Notes under the pieces: generated by a model
Seen by the model: only the letters and a program-made list of their open reading frames with translations
The model's database searches: none
What the model was told of the DNA's origin: nothing
Part shown: positions 15,646-25,389 of the stretch, piece after piece
How the letters are laid out: the number at the start of each line of letters is the position of its first letter
Numbering within the stretch: position 1 is the first letter of the stretch
Translations under genes and position numbers: made by a program
Assembly: GCA_020852515.1 (NCBI GenBank)
Contig: JADZAS010000023.1
Location: 135,346 to 199,345, forward strand
Direction of reading: 5' to 3'
DNA from: Phycisphaerales bacterium
GTDB taxonomy: Bacteria; Planctomycetota; Phycisphaerae; Phycisphaerales; UBA5793
Length of the DNA: 64,000 bases

Positions 15646-18645
15646 CTACTCGATGACGGTCTCCACGACATTGCTGGCCTTCTGGTATTCGGCGGCCTGG
15701 AGCCAGATGCGCCGGCCCACCGTGCCGCTGGGAATGCGCTGCGACAGGCTCGCCACGCCGTTGGCATCGGCGGTGCGGGCTCCGATGAACACCGGCGCGT
15801 CGATATCGACCGTGACGTCGAGTTGCGGGATGTACACGCTGCCCAGGCCACGAATCGAATAGAGGAATACGACCTGCGCGCCCGGCGTGGCGCCGGTCAC
15901 GTCAAGTGTGCCGCGCACGCCCGAGACGAGTCGCGAGGAGACGAGGACCATCGGCGGCTCGCCGACGTCGTAGCGTGCGACCCATGTTCGCCACTGGCCG
16001 TTGAGCGTGAATTCGTGGTGACCCCAGAACGATCCCAGCGTCGCCGGATCATTGACGGTCGCGCTGTAGTCGCCCCAGCGGCCGCTCGTGTGGGCGGCGG
16101 TGCTTTCCTTGACGAACTGCGGCGGCTGGAACTGGCCCGGGGGGTCGCTGAACTTGCGCACGGCCCGCGACATGGAGATGTACTCATCCGGCGACGAGCG
16201 AGCGAAAGTGATTGCCGCATTGCCTTCTGCGTCGACGCCGATGCTCGGGAAGAAGGTGTGAACCGTGCCGCCGTAGTCGAGTTCACCCCACTGCGCGATC
16301 TCGGGCGTGTTGCCGCTGCCCGGCCAGCCGCGCATGTTGAACTCGTACCACCGCACCCGGGCCCGCGACGAGTTGACGTGATGCACCGCCCAGAGTGAAT
16401 CGTTCATCTGAACGCAACTCCAGAAGCGAGGCTCGAAGAGGAACGGCCGGCTGCTCGAACCGCGCTGCGGCGGCTGGTTCGGATACGTGTAGGACGGAAC
16501 CGTAAGCGTAAACGTGGGCCGGCTGTAGGTGCCGAACGGGTCGATGCACGCATGAAAGATGACCGTGTTGTTGGTCGTCAGTTCGGTTGACTGGAGAATG
16601 TACTGCGCCGGCGCATCCGCGTCGTGCATGACCGGAATGCCCATCGATTGCTGACTGGCGCCGGTGATGAGTTCGTGCCGGGTGACTGGCGTGCCGCCGG
16701 AGAGAATCGAATTCTTGTCGATGAAGTAGAGCAGGTACTTGTCGGGCCCGAAGAAGTCGGCCGTGAGCAGCACGTTGTTGGCGTCCACGGCCATGTTGGG
16801 CGAATCGATGTCATTATCCGAGATCGCCGTGACGTCGATGCGGTACTTCCACCAGTCGTCGCGCGTGTTGGGCGTGCTCGTCTTGGAAACCGCGAGCAGG
16901 AACATGGAGCGGCCCGTATTGCTGCGCTCGCACGCCATTGCGAAGAGCCTGTTGCTGTGCGGGTCCCACACGCACTCGGGGTCGAAGGTGAAGTTGGTAG
17001 CGCCAACTTCGCCCCAGAAGCCGAACGAGTCTTCGATTTCATCGCGGAAGAGGTTGTTGCCGCTCTTGTCAAAGAGCGAAATCTCGCCGTTGGTGATGAT
17101 GAGAATGCGGTCGTTGCTGACGGCCATTTCTGGATCGGGCGGAGTCCAGCCAGTGCTGGTCACGCCTTCAAAGCCGAAGTCAGGCCCGTCGCCGCCTTCG
17201 CTGCCGAGGCGCTCGAGTTTGACGTGATTCGGGTCCCAAATCGGCGGGATGGGCGTAGCGGACTCGCCCGCGTCCGGCAGGAAAGCGAGACGCTCCACGG
17301 TTGCCGGCGCGTCCTCAACGGGCATCGCGCGGGGCAGCCGAACCGTGAGGTTGACGGATGAATCGTCGCCCTCGCTCGACTCGCCATTCCAGCACACCGC
17401 GAGACGACCTGCGTCGTCGATGACCACGCGCGAAGCGCCGGTTGCGGTAGTGATGGCCTGTGCGCCCTTCGAGTTGACGTTGAGCGCGACAGGCTCCGCC
17501 AGGATGCGGCCGCCGGCGTCGATGAGCAGACCCATCACGCCCGAGCCGTTGCCGTCGCCGCCGGCTCCGTCGCTGTTGTAGGTGACGAGGTACCGATCGT
17601 CGGCGGCGCGCACGACCGTTGCTCCGCTCTTCCAGCCATTGGAGGGCTCGGCCACGGCCACGGCATCGGTGAGCGGCGAGCCGTCGCGATCGAAGAATCG
17701 GACATTGACGGCGAACCCGCCGTCCACCGAGGTATGCCAGGCTGCAACAAACCCGCCGCCCGCAGCGGCCGCGAGCGACGGTTCGATGTGATCGTGGGCG
17801 TCCATGTCGTTGACGGTGATGGAGTCATCCGCGAGCGCCCCGTCCGCCGCGATGCGCCTGACGACGATCCGGTTGGGGTCGCCATCTTCCGTGTGTGCCC
17901 AGGCGATCCACTGGTGTCCCTCAGTCGTGCAAACGAGTGAGGGTGAGGCGCAGGCGCCCGGCTCATCGCCGCTGACCTGGAACTCGTCGCCGAGCGCGAC
18001 TCCCGCCGAGTCGAATCGGCGGGCCATGATGCGGCCGCTGCCGGCAGAATCATCCACCCACGCGATCAATGCTCCGCCGTCAGCGCCGGGTACGATGGCC
18101 GGGGACATCTGGTTGCCCTGTTGCGTCTGGTTCACGGCAATCTCGCCGCTGGGATTGGCCATGCGAAGATCGAAGCGCCGCGCGACCACTGCCGCAGCGC
18201 TGCCGTCCTGTCCATGGGATTGCCAGGCGATCCAGATGTGCTCGCCGGCGGCGGTGATGACCGGCCGCTCCTGCATGCCGCGCACCGTGAGGTTGATCGG
18301 AACTTCCCCGCCGATGGGCCGGCCGAACGCGTCGAAGCGCTGAGCGACGACGGCATAGCCGCCGAACTCCTGCCTTCGGCTGTCCCAGACTGCGACAAAT
18401 CCGCCGCCGGGAACGGCCGCTACGGCGCCGTGCTCCTGAGTGCTGCTCGTGAAGACGTTTGCCTGCGTCTCAATTGCGCCGCCGCCAAACAGGCTGTCGG
18501 TCGCCGACAATTCACCGGCCCCCGATCGATCATCCACCGACGCGGAGGCGAAACACGCCATCGACAGCGCTGCCGTGGCTGCGCAGGACCAGAAGCCGAT
18601 GCGAGCAGCGATCGACGCACGACTTGAACAGCGCTTGGATGGCAT
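15646..18645 (-). CDS. 999-aa secreted multidomain protein (repeat propeller-like N-half, second propeller-like domain, C-terminal beta-sandwich)
   Basis: It has a signal peptide (RIGFWSCAATAALSMACFASA) and about six repeats of the pattern ...AW....G...V.ARRFD..G...G.E..VN. Its C-terminal ~100 aa resemble the 4-Cys module elsewhere in the window but lack the cysteines. Confidence 0.7.
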   Translation of the reverse strand: MPSKRCSSRASIAARIGFWSCAATAALSMACFASASVDDRSGAGELSATDSLFGGGAIETQANVFTSSTQEHGAVAAVPGGGFVAVWDSRRQEFGGYAVVAQRFDAFGRPIGGEVPINLTVRGMQERPVITAAGEHIWIAWQSHGQDGSAAAVVARRFDLRMANPSGEIAVNQTQQGNQMSPAIVPGADGGALIAWVDDSAGSGRIMARRFDSAGVALGDEFQVSGDEPGACASPSLVCTTEGHQWIAWAHTEDGDPNRIVVRRIAADGALADDSITVNDMDAHDHIEPSLAAAAGGGFVAAWHTSVDGGFAVNVRFFDRDGSPLTDAVAVAEPSNGWKSGATVVRAADDRYLVTYNSDGAGGDGNGSGVMGLLIDAGGRILAEPVALNVNSKGAQAITTATGASRVVIDDAGRLAVCWNGESSEGDDSSVNLTVRLPRAMPVEDAPATVERLAFLPDAGESATPIPPIWDPNHVKLERLGSEGGDGPDFGFEGVTSTGWTPPDPEMAVSNDRILIITNGEISLFDKSGNNLFRDEIEDSFGFWGEVGATNFTFDPECVWDPHSNRLFAMACERSNTGRSMFLLAVSKTSTPNTRDDWWKYRIDVTAISDNDIDSPNMAVDANNVLLTADFFGPDKYLLYFIDKNSILSGGTPVTRHELITGASQQSMGIPVMHDADAPAQYILQSTELTTNNTVIFHACIDPFGTYSRPTFTLTVPSYTYPNQPPQRGSSSRPFLFEPRFWSCVQMNDSLWAVHHVNSSRARVRWYEFNMRGWPGSGNTPEIAQWGELDYGGTVHTFFPSIGVDAEGNAAITFARSSPDEYISMSRAVRKFSDPPGQFQPPQFVKESTAAHTSGRWGDYSATVNDPATLGSFWGHHEFTLNGQWRTWVARYDVGEPPMVLVSSRLVSGVRGTLDVTGATPGAQVVFLYSIRGLGSVYIPQLDVTVDIDAPVFIGARTADANGVASLSQRIPSGTVGRRIWLQAAEYQKASNVVETVIE

Positions 18646-18801
18646 GACTCCCCCTCTGTTTGCGGCGCGGATGTCTCCAGCCGGCTCGACCGGCCGGCTG
18701 CGGAAAGGTTACCGCACAAAACCCACGAAAGGTTGCAGCAATTCCGGGAGTTGGGGCAAATGGAGTCGAATTCCATGCCCGAGGGCGGCGGGCCCCGGAC
18801 T

Positions 18802-19848
18802 TCAGTTCCAGGGATCGGCCACGTCGCATGTCCCGCCGTTCTTGACGACGAAGTCCTGATGCCCGACTTCGGCCGGCCAGAAGACCTTCGCTGCCTCCAC
18901 CTGCGTCACGATCGGGCTCTTGTATCGGCCTGAAGCCTCGAGTTCTGCGATGAACTTCTCGGCCTCGCTCCTCTGGGCTTCGTTGACGAACCAGATGCCC
19001 GAACGATACTGGTTGCCCAGATCGGCCCCCTGGCGATTGAGTTGCGTCGGGTCGTGCATGTCGAAGAACGCCTGCAGCAGGCGGCGGTACGAAATGCGCG
19101 CGGGATCGAAGACGACCTTCACGGTCTCTGCGTGGTGGGTGTTCTCCATGCAGACCTGTCCGTACGAGGGATTCTCCACGTCACCCTGCATGTAACCACT
19201 CACCGCCTCGAGCACGCCCGGCCCCTGGTCGAAGTAGTGCTCGATCCCCCAGAAGCAGCCACCCGCAAAATAGGCGGTATCGACCTGCACCGGCTGACTC
19301 TCCGGCGGCAGCGGCTGGTCGGCCGCGTAGAACCGGAGTGAGACGGAATTGACGCAGTAGCGCAGGCCCGTCGGCGGCGGCCCATCGACCATGCGGTGAC
19401 CAAGATGCGATCCGCACCGGCCGCACTGGATTTCGTAGCCGCGCACGCCTCCGCTGCCGTCTTTGATGGTTACGACCTGCTGCGGGTCAACTTCGGTGTA
19501 GAAGCTCGGCCAGCCGGTGCCGGAGACGAATTTGTGCTCGCTGGAGAACAGAGGCAAGCCGCACACGACGCAAACATAGGTGCCTTCGACGTGGACGTTG
19601 AGCAGATCGCCGCAGAAGGGCTCTTCCGTACCGGCCTTTTGAGTGACGCGGTAGGTTTCCTCATCGAGTTTCGCCACGAGCGGAGCGAGCTGCTCATCCG
19701 TCAGCGGCGTCACGTCATAGCCGGACGCGGAGTAGCGTGGCCGGATCGTCTCCTCAGCAGCGGCCGGCGCGATCAGCACGGCGACGGCAGCGCAGACCGC
19801 AAGCGTGCCCCCTACACAAACCAGCACGAGCGTCCGCCGTCGCCTCAT
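18802..19848 (-). CDS. msrAB: Exported bifunctional methionine sulfoxide reductase MsrB-MsrA fusion (copy 1)
   Basis: It has an N-terminal signal/anchor (MRRRRTLVLVCVGGTLAVCAAVAVLIAPAAA). The MsrB part contains [27 protein letters not shown]...CGRCGSHLGH...RYCVNS and the MsrA part contains [14 protein letters not shown]. Confidence 0.9.
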   Translation of the reverse strand: MRRRRTLVLVCVGGTLAVCAAVAVLIAPAAAEETIRPRYSASGYDVTPLTDEQLAPLVAKLDEETYRVTQKAGTEEPFCGDLLNVHVEGTYVCVVCGLPLFSSEHKFVSGTGWPSFYTEVDPQQVVTIKDGSGGVRGYEIQCGRCGSHLGHRMVDGPPPTGLRYCVNSVSLRFYAADQPLPPESQPVQVDTAYFAGGCFWGIEHYFDQGPGVLEAVSGYMQGDVENPSYGQVCMENTHHAETVKVVFDPARISYRRLLQAFFDMHDPTQLNRQGADLGNQYRSGIWFVNEAQRSEAEKFIAELEASGRYKSPIVTQVEAAKVFWPAEVGHQDFVVKNGGTCDVADPWN

Positions 19849-19946
19849 GAGCCCTACCCCCAACAGGCAACGATAGGGGGCGCAGGCGGCGCCGGAGCGG
19901 AGAATTCCCTCCTCCACCCGTGCGTCGCTCTGTCAGGATCGAGAGT

Positions 19947-21035
19947 TTACTTCCACGGATCGGCGATGTGACAGGCCCGGCCGGTCTTGCTCACGTAGTC
20001 CTGGTGATACTCTTCCGCAGGCCAGAATGTTTCCGCCTTCTCTACCTGCGTGACGATGGCGCGGCCCTTGTAGCGGCCGGACGCCTCGAGTTCCTTGATG
20101 AACTTCTCCGCTTGAGCCTTCTGCTCATCGCTGGCATACCAGATCCCCGAGCGATACTGGTCGCCGACATCGGGCCCCTGCCGATTGAGTTGCGTCGGAT
20201 CGTGCATGACAAAGAACGCTTCGAGCAGGCGGTGGTACGAAATGCGCTGCGGGTCAAACACGACCTTGACCGTCTCGGCATGGCGCGTGCTTTCGTAGCA
20301 GACCTGTTTGTAGGTCGGCTTCTCGACGTTGCCCTGCATGTAGCCGCTGACGGCCTCGATCACGCCCGGACCTTCATCGAAGTAGTGCTCGATGCCCCAG
20401 AAGCAGCCTCCGGCGAAGTACGCGGTCTCGGTCTTCACGGGCTGGCTCTCGGGCGGCAGCGTCTGGCCATTCTCAAAGAACGTCAGCGATGCCGAATTGA
20501 GGCAGTAGCGCAGCCCCGTCGGGGGCGGCCCGTCTTTGAACACGTGCCCGAGATGCGCGGTGCAGCGAGCGCACTCGATTTCCGTGCGCACCATGCCGTG
20601 GCTGCGATCTTCGATCTCGGTAATGTGCGCGGGATCGAAGCCGGTGTAGAAGCTTGGCCAGCCGGTGCCTGAGTGAAACTTGTGATCGCTGGAGAACAGA
20701 GGAAGCCCGCAGACGACGCAGACGTACGTGCCTTCTTTCTTGTTGTCGAGCAGGTTGCCGCAGAACGGGGCTTCAGTGCCGGCTTTCTGGGTGATGCGAT
20801 ACGTCTCCGGGTCGAGCCGGCTCGCGAGTTCTTCAACGCGCTCGGGAGAGAGCGGCGTGATGTCGTAATGTGACTTCGAGTACTTTGGCTTGGCGTCGGC
20901 GCGCGTCTGCATTGCTTCTCCACTGGACTCAACCTGGCCCGGATTCTGGTCGCCCCCGCGCCAGGCCATACCGGCGGCAACGGCTCCGCCTGCGAGGCCA
21001 AGGCTGAAAAGGGCGACGGCAATTCGTGAGTTCAT
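19947..21035 (-). CDS. msrAB: Exported bifunctional methionine sulfoxide reductase MsrB-MsrA fusion (copy 2)
   Basis: It has the same architecture and motifs as copy 1 ([41 protein letters not shown]). By eye it is about 70 percent identical to copy 1. Its signal peptide is [24 protein letters not shown]. Confidence 0.9.
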   Translation of the reverse strand: MNSRIAVALFSLGLAGGAVAAGMAWRGGDQNPGQVESSGEAMQTRADAKPKYSKSHYDITPLSPERVEELASRLDPETYRITQKAGTEAPFCGNLLDNKKEGTYVCVVCGLPLFSSDHKFHSGTGWPSFYTGFDPAHITEIEDRSHGMVRTEIECARCTAHLGHVFKDGPPPTGLRYCLNSASLTFFENGQTLPPESQPVKTETAYFAGGCFWGIEHYFDEGPGVIEAVSGYMQGNVEKPTYKQVCYESTRHAETVKVVFDPQRISYHRLLEAFFVMHDPTQLNRQGPDVGDQYRSGIWYASDEQKAQAEKFIKELEASGRYKGRAIVTQVEKAETFWPAEEYHQDYVSKTGRACHIADPWK

Positions 21036-21169
21036 AACACCGGTCTCCTCTGATCAACTGTAGAGAGCGGCCATGGCGGCGGCCGCAGCACTTCCCGCCC
21101 CCACTACTTTCGCCGGCCCCGCGAAGTTCAAGTCGCCGGACCTGTGGACCGGGGCTTCTATGATCGCCC

Positions 21170-21616
21170 GTGGTCGATCTGCAGCGGCTCCTGGCGTACG
21201 ACGAGTGGGCAAACCGCCACATGGCCGCGGCCCTGGCCGGCGCCCGCGGCGATCTGACCCGCGGCCTGCGCTTGCTGGGCCACATTGCGGCCGTGCACGA
21301 ACTTTTTCTTGCGCGGGCCACCGGATCCGGCCCGGTCGTGGTCTGGCCACACTGGGATCTTCGCGAGATCGACGAGTCGCTCATGCGATCCAGTCAGGGC
21401 TGGAGCAGTCTGCTGCAGCAGCGCGACGCCGGTGAAGTCATCCGCTACACGAACAGCAAGGGCGAGCAGTGGTCCAACACCATCGGCGAGATGGCCATGC
21501 ACGTGGCGCTGCACTCCTCCTATCACCGCGGACAGATCGCGATGCTGCTCGCCGCCGTCCAGGCGACGCCTCCCTACACCGACTTCATCCAGGCGGCGCG
21601 CACCGGCGTCGTCTGA
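21170..21616 (+). CDS. DinB-family protein
   Basis: It has LLAYDEWANRHM at the N-terminus and HVALHSSYHRGQIAMLL near the C-terminus, fitting the DinB four-helix-bundle histidine triad pattern. Confidence 0.8.
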   Translation: MVDLQRLLAYDEWANRHMAAALAGARGDLTRGLRLLGHIAAVHELFLARATGSGPVVVWPHWDLREIDESLMRSSQGWSSLLQQRDAGEVIRYTNSKGEQWSNTIGEMAMHVALHSSYHRGQIAMLLAAVQATPPYTDFIQAARTGVV

Positions 21617-21676
21617 TCCAGCGCCGGGCGGACCATCGCGGACGCGCGCGACCGACTGCGGCGATATCCTTCGGTC

Positions 21677-22135
21677 GTGAGCGAACGCGGCAACCGAGCA
21701 CCGGCCGATGTGCATGCCCGCTACTGTGCCATGTGCGGCTACCGGCTCGATCATTTGCGCGAGTCGGGAGCGTGTCCCGAATGCGGCAGGGAGTACCGTG
21801 CGGTCACCACGCAGGGCCGCGACCTGCCGGGGATCCTCGAGATCGTGGTGCGCTTCGGTTGGCCGGTGCTGCTGCTGGCGCTGCTCCTGGCGGTGAACCT
21901 GTCAACGCTCGTGACGCGCGGCCAAGGCGTCGTCTCCTACCTTGGACTGCTGGCCTTCTTCGCCTGCTACGCCAACATTCCGGTGCAACTGCGCCTGCTG
22001 CGCCGTTCGGGCCTGCTCATGAGCGGTGCGCCTCCGGCAGCGCATGATTACTGGATGGCGATCATGATCGTGTTCGCGTTGTGCGCGCCGGTACTGATGC
22101 CCATCGCAGCTGCGTTGATCGCCCGCATGACATAG
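21677..22135 (+). CDS. Hypothetical membrane protein with N-terminal zinc-ribbon
   Basis: A CAMCGY...CPECG ribbon is followed by about four hydrophobic helices. Confidence 0.5.
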   Translation: MSERGNRAPADVHARYCAMCGYRLDHLRESGACPECGREYRAVTTQGRDLPGILEIVVRFGWPVLLLALLLAVNLSTLVTRGQGVVSYLGLLAFFACYANIPVQLRLLRRSGLLMSGAPPAAHDYWMAIMIVFALCAPVLMPIAAALIARMT

Positions 22136-22160
22136 CGCCACCCGCACAACGCACTCGCGC

Positions 22161-22529
22161 TCAGCCCGCGGCCCGGCGGGTGGTGTCATCGATGCGCCTC
22201 GCGAGCGAATCGGGCGTGAACGGCTTGACGAGAAAATCCGTCACACCCAGGCGGAACGCTTCGATGACGCGCGGCTTCTCGGTCTCGCTCGTCACGACGA
22301 TGACGGGCGTGTGGCGGTCGCGCTGGCGGAATGCCTTGACGAAAGTGAGTCCATCCATCACCGGCATGCGCAGATCGAGCAGGATGAGCTCGGGGCTGCA
22401 GGTCTCCGCCATGTCCAGCGCCTCGGCGCCGTTGGCCGCTTCGCCGGCGCACTCGTGGCCGAGCTGCTCGAGTGCGGCGCGCTGAAGCAGTCGCATCGTC
22501 TGCGAATCGTCCACGATCAAAACTCTCAT
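22161..22529 (-). CDS. Single-domain response regulator (CheY-like receiver)
   Basis: The product reads MRVLIVDDSQTMRLL...LILLDLRMPVMDGLTFV...VIVVTSE...DFLVKPF. The start is trimmed from ORF 22161..22616. Confidence 0.85.
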   Translation of the reverse strand: MRVLIVDDSQTMRLLQRAALEQLGHECAGEAANGAEALDMAETCSPELILLDLRMPVMDGLTFVKAFRQRDRHTPVIVVTSETEKPRVIEAFRLGVTDFLVKPFTPDSLARRIDDTTRRAAG

Positions 22530-22694
22530 GCCCCTGCGCATCGACCCGAACGCCCGGCGGCTGGAGCAGGAAATGCCCTCAGGCGCGAGGAAGTTGCCCT
22601 TGGCCGATGGTCCCACGCCTTCGGCGGTTCGATAATTCGCTCACCGGCGGCCGGCTGTCCGCGGCTGCCCCATTGACGGGCGAAAGGAACCACA

Positions 22695-23678
22695 ATGAAA
22701 CTGGGCGTGATGGCGGCGCTGTTCACCGGCATGGACTTCGATAGAGCGCTGGACTACTGCGCCGAGGTCGGCCTCGACGCGATCGAACTGCCCGTGGGCG
22801 GCTATCCCGGCAAGCCGTTCTTCGACCCGGCCAAGGTCAACGAGAGCAAGAAGCTGCTCGACGAGATCAAGGCCAAACTCAAAGACCGCCAACTCGAAGT
22901 CTCCGGCCTGGCCGTGCACGGCAATCCGGTCTCACCCATCAAGTCAGCCGCGAAGAAGGACCACGCCGATTTTGTCACCGCGTGCGAACTGGCAAAGAAA
23001 CTCGGCACCGACACCGTCATCACCTTTTCGGGATGCCCCGGCGGCAGCGCTCGCGACACGATGCCCAACTGGATCACCTGCGCCTGGCCGCCTGAGTATG
23101 GCGAGGCGCTCAAGTACCAGTGGAACGAGGTGCTCATCCCCTACTGGACCGAGCAGAGCAAACTCTGCAGCCAGCACGGCGTCAAGGTCGCGTGGGAAGC
23201 GCACCCGGGCTTTACCGTCTACAACCCCGACACACTGATGCGACTGAGCGAAGCGTGCTGCGGCAGGAAGGGCAAGGCGAATCTCGGCGCCAATCTCGAC
23301 CCCTCCCACTTCTTCTGGCAGGGCATCGATCCCGTCGAAGCGGCGCGCGTGCTCGGCGAAGCCGGATTGCTGTTCTACTGCCACGCCAAAGACACCGCGA
23401 TCGATCCGCACCAGACGCGCATCAACGGCACGCTCGACACCCGCTCCTACGGCGACCTGCACCTGCGCTCGTGGGTCTTTCGCACCTGCGGCTACGGCCA
23501 CGGCGATGAGTTCTGGAAGCCGTTCGTCTCCATGCTCCGCCGGCACGGCTACGACGGCGTGCTGAGCATTGAGCACGAAGATTCCTACATGTCCGTCAAC
23601 GAAGGCTTCGAAAAAGCGGTCGAATACCTCTCCGGCGTCATCCTCAGCGAACCGGTCGGCAAGGCGTGGTGGTTCTGA
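22695..23678 (+). CDS. Sugar phosphate isomerase/epimerase (xylose isomerase-like TIM barrel)
   Basis: It shows the typical layout of this family (LDAIELPVGGYPG, VAWEAHPGF, LSIEHED). Confidence 0.8.
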   Translation: MKLGVMAALFTGMDFDRALDYCAEVGLDAIELPVGGYPGKPFFDPAKVNESKKLLDEIKAKLKDRQLEVSGLAVHGNPVSPIKSAAKKDHADFVTACELAKKLGTDTVITFSGCPGGSARDTMPNWITCAWPPEYGEALKYQWNEVLIPYWTEQSKLCSQHGVKVAWEAHPGFTVYNPDTLMRLSEACCGRKGKANLGANLDPSHFFWQGIDPVEAARVLGEAGLLFYCHAKDTAIDPHQTRINGTLDTRSYGDLHLRSWVFRTCGYGHGDEFWKPFVSMLRRHGYDGVLSIEHEDSYMSVNEGFEKAVEYLSGVILSEPVGKAWWF

Positions 23679-23711
23679 CGGAAGGGCATCGATGCAGAGA
23701 ACATTCGTGAT

Positions 23712-24185
23712 ATGACTCCGGGCCTAGCCGTGGTAACGCTTGAACCGATGCATGAGCAGGAGAGTTCGCTGTGTGAAGCGACGCTGCGAGCCTTGCCGAA
23801 GTGGTTCGGCATCGAGAGCTCGCTCCTCGAGTACGTCCGCGACACACGGACTCTGCCGACGTGGATCGCCAGGCGCGATGATGAGCCTGTGGGTTTTATC
23901 ACGGTCCGCACGCACAACCCGCTCTCGGCGGAGATCCACTGCCTGGCGGTTCGCCCTGAGCATCACCGCACCGGCGTCGGTCGCACGATGGTCCGATTGG
24001 TTGAAGGGCATGTTCGAGCGCAGGGTGTCAGGTTGCTTCAGGTCAAGACACTTGGGCCATCGCGTCACGACGAGCACTACGCGCGCACGCGACTGTTCTA
24101 CGAAGCGATGGGGTTCATCCAGCTCGAGGAGATGAAAAACCTCTGGCCTGGAAACCCGTGCCTGATTCTCGTCAAGGCCCTCTGA
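23712..24185 (+). CDS. GNAT family N-acetyltransferase
   Basis: It carries the acetyl-CoA binding motif IHCLAVRPEHHRTGVGRTMV. Confidence 0.8.
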   Translation: MTPGLAVVTLEPMHEQESSLCEATLRALPKWFGIESSLLEYVRDTRTLPTWIARRDDEPVGFITVRTHNPLSAEIHCLAVRPEHHRTGVGRTMVRLVEGHVRAQGVRLLQVKTLGPSRHDEHYARTRLFYEAMGFIQLEEMKNLWPGNPCLILVKAL

Positions 24186-24283
24186 GCCCGCGACTGGGGT
24201 TGATGCCCGGCCCCCGCGCATCGCGCGGGCCGACTAGGATGTCAGGAGTCGGATTGCTGAATCTGCTTCACAAGGAACTCGAC

Positions 24284-24778
24284 ATGCAGAGCATTGACTG
24301 GGTGGCGGTTCTGTTTCGCTGGATGCACATCGTTCCTGCGATCGTCCTGCTGGGCGGGACGATCTTCCTGGCGATCGTGGCGGTGCCGACGACCTCTGCG
24401 CCCGACGGCGCGCCGCCGCCCTGGCTGGGCAAGGTGCGCAAGCGCTGGGCCATGCTTGCCGGTGTGTGCATTCTGCTGCTGCTCGTGAGCGGCCTGTGGA
24501 ACTTCATGGTCTATCGCCTGCCGGAGGTGAAGGAGATCGGGCTTTACCACGCGCTGTTCGGCACCAAGGTGCTGCTCTCGCTAGCGGTGTTCTTCATCGC
24601 GTCGGTCATGGCAGGCCGCAGCCCGGCGTTCGACCGCATGCGATCCCGGCCCGGAAAGATGCTCATGATCACGGCGGTGCTGGGCTTGCTCGTCGTGCTC
24701 CTGGCCGGCGTTCTGCGCGGCGTCCACCAGGACACCAACCTGCCGGGCCAGAATGAAATCGAACTCCCGAACGGGTAA
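24284..24778 (+). CDS. Hypothetical 4-TM membrane protein (CopD-like topology)
   Basis: ORF 24158..24778 is trimmed to MQSIDWVAVLFRWMHIVPAIVLLGGTIFLAIV. It has four hydrophobic segments. I am not confident of any family assignment. Confidence 0.5.
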   Translation: MQSIDWVAVLFRWMHIVPAIVLLGGTIFLAIVAVPTTSAPDGAPPPWLGKVRKRWAMLAGVCILLLLVSGLWNFMVYRLPEVKEIGLYHALFGTKVLLSLAVFFIASVMAGRSPAFDRMRSRPGKMLMITAVLGLLVVLLAGVLRGVHQDTNLPGQNEIELPNG

Positions 24779-24845
24779 TTGACCCTGTCGCCGCGGCGCT
24801 GATACGGGCGGCGCTCGTGGATACAGTTCGGCCCTGAGCCCTCGC

Positions 24846-25253
24846 ATGCCCCACGAAGCACCCTCGACAACCTCGCTCATCATGGCCGACTACTGGCCGA
24901 TCCTGCTGCTCGTGCTGCTGGCGGTTTCGTTTGCCGTGGCCGTGCTCATCGTGACGCACCTGCTCGGGCCGCAGCGAGCCGGCGCCGTCAAAGCCGGGGC
25001 CTACGAGTCGGGCATGAACCCCATCGACACGGCCCGCAAGCGCTTCAACGTCCGATACTACCTCCTGGCGATGACGTTCCTCGTCTTCGACGTTGAGATC
25101 ATCTTCCTCTACCCCTGGGCGACGACTTTCCGGCAACTGGCGCCCGGCAGCGAATTGAGCGCCGTTTTTCTCGGCCGCATCCTGTTCTTCCTGCTCATGT
25201 CCGCGGCGGCGTACGTGTACGCCTGGCGCAAGGGCGTCTTTCGCTTCGACTGA
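24846..25253 (+). CDS. nuoA: NADH-quinone oxidoreductase subunit A
   Basis: The product contains YESGMNPIDTARKRFNVRYYLLAMTFLVFDVEIIFLYPWA, the NuoA/ND3 signature. The true start may be the Met at 24882 (MADYWPILLL). Confidence 0.85.
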   Translation: MPHEAPSTTSLIMADYWPILLLVLLAVSFAVAVLIVTHLLGPQRAGAVKAGAYESGMNPIDTARKRFNVRYYLLAMTFLVFDVEIIFLYPWATTFRQLAPGSELSAVFLGRILFFLLMSAAAYVYAWRKGVFRFD

Positions 25254-25389
25254 AGTCCAATCGGCCCCGCCGGCGTCTTTGGATCCCCGCTCGGAGATGC
25301 ACACCATAAACCGGGAAGTGCTGGCCACTATTGGCCGATGCTGTAAGTGTGTCATCTGATCGGGGGATGCGCGACCAAGGGCGTGTGGC

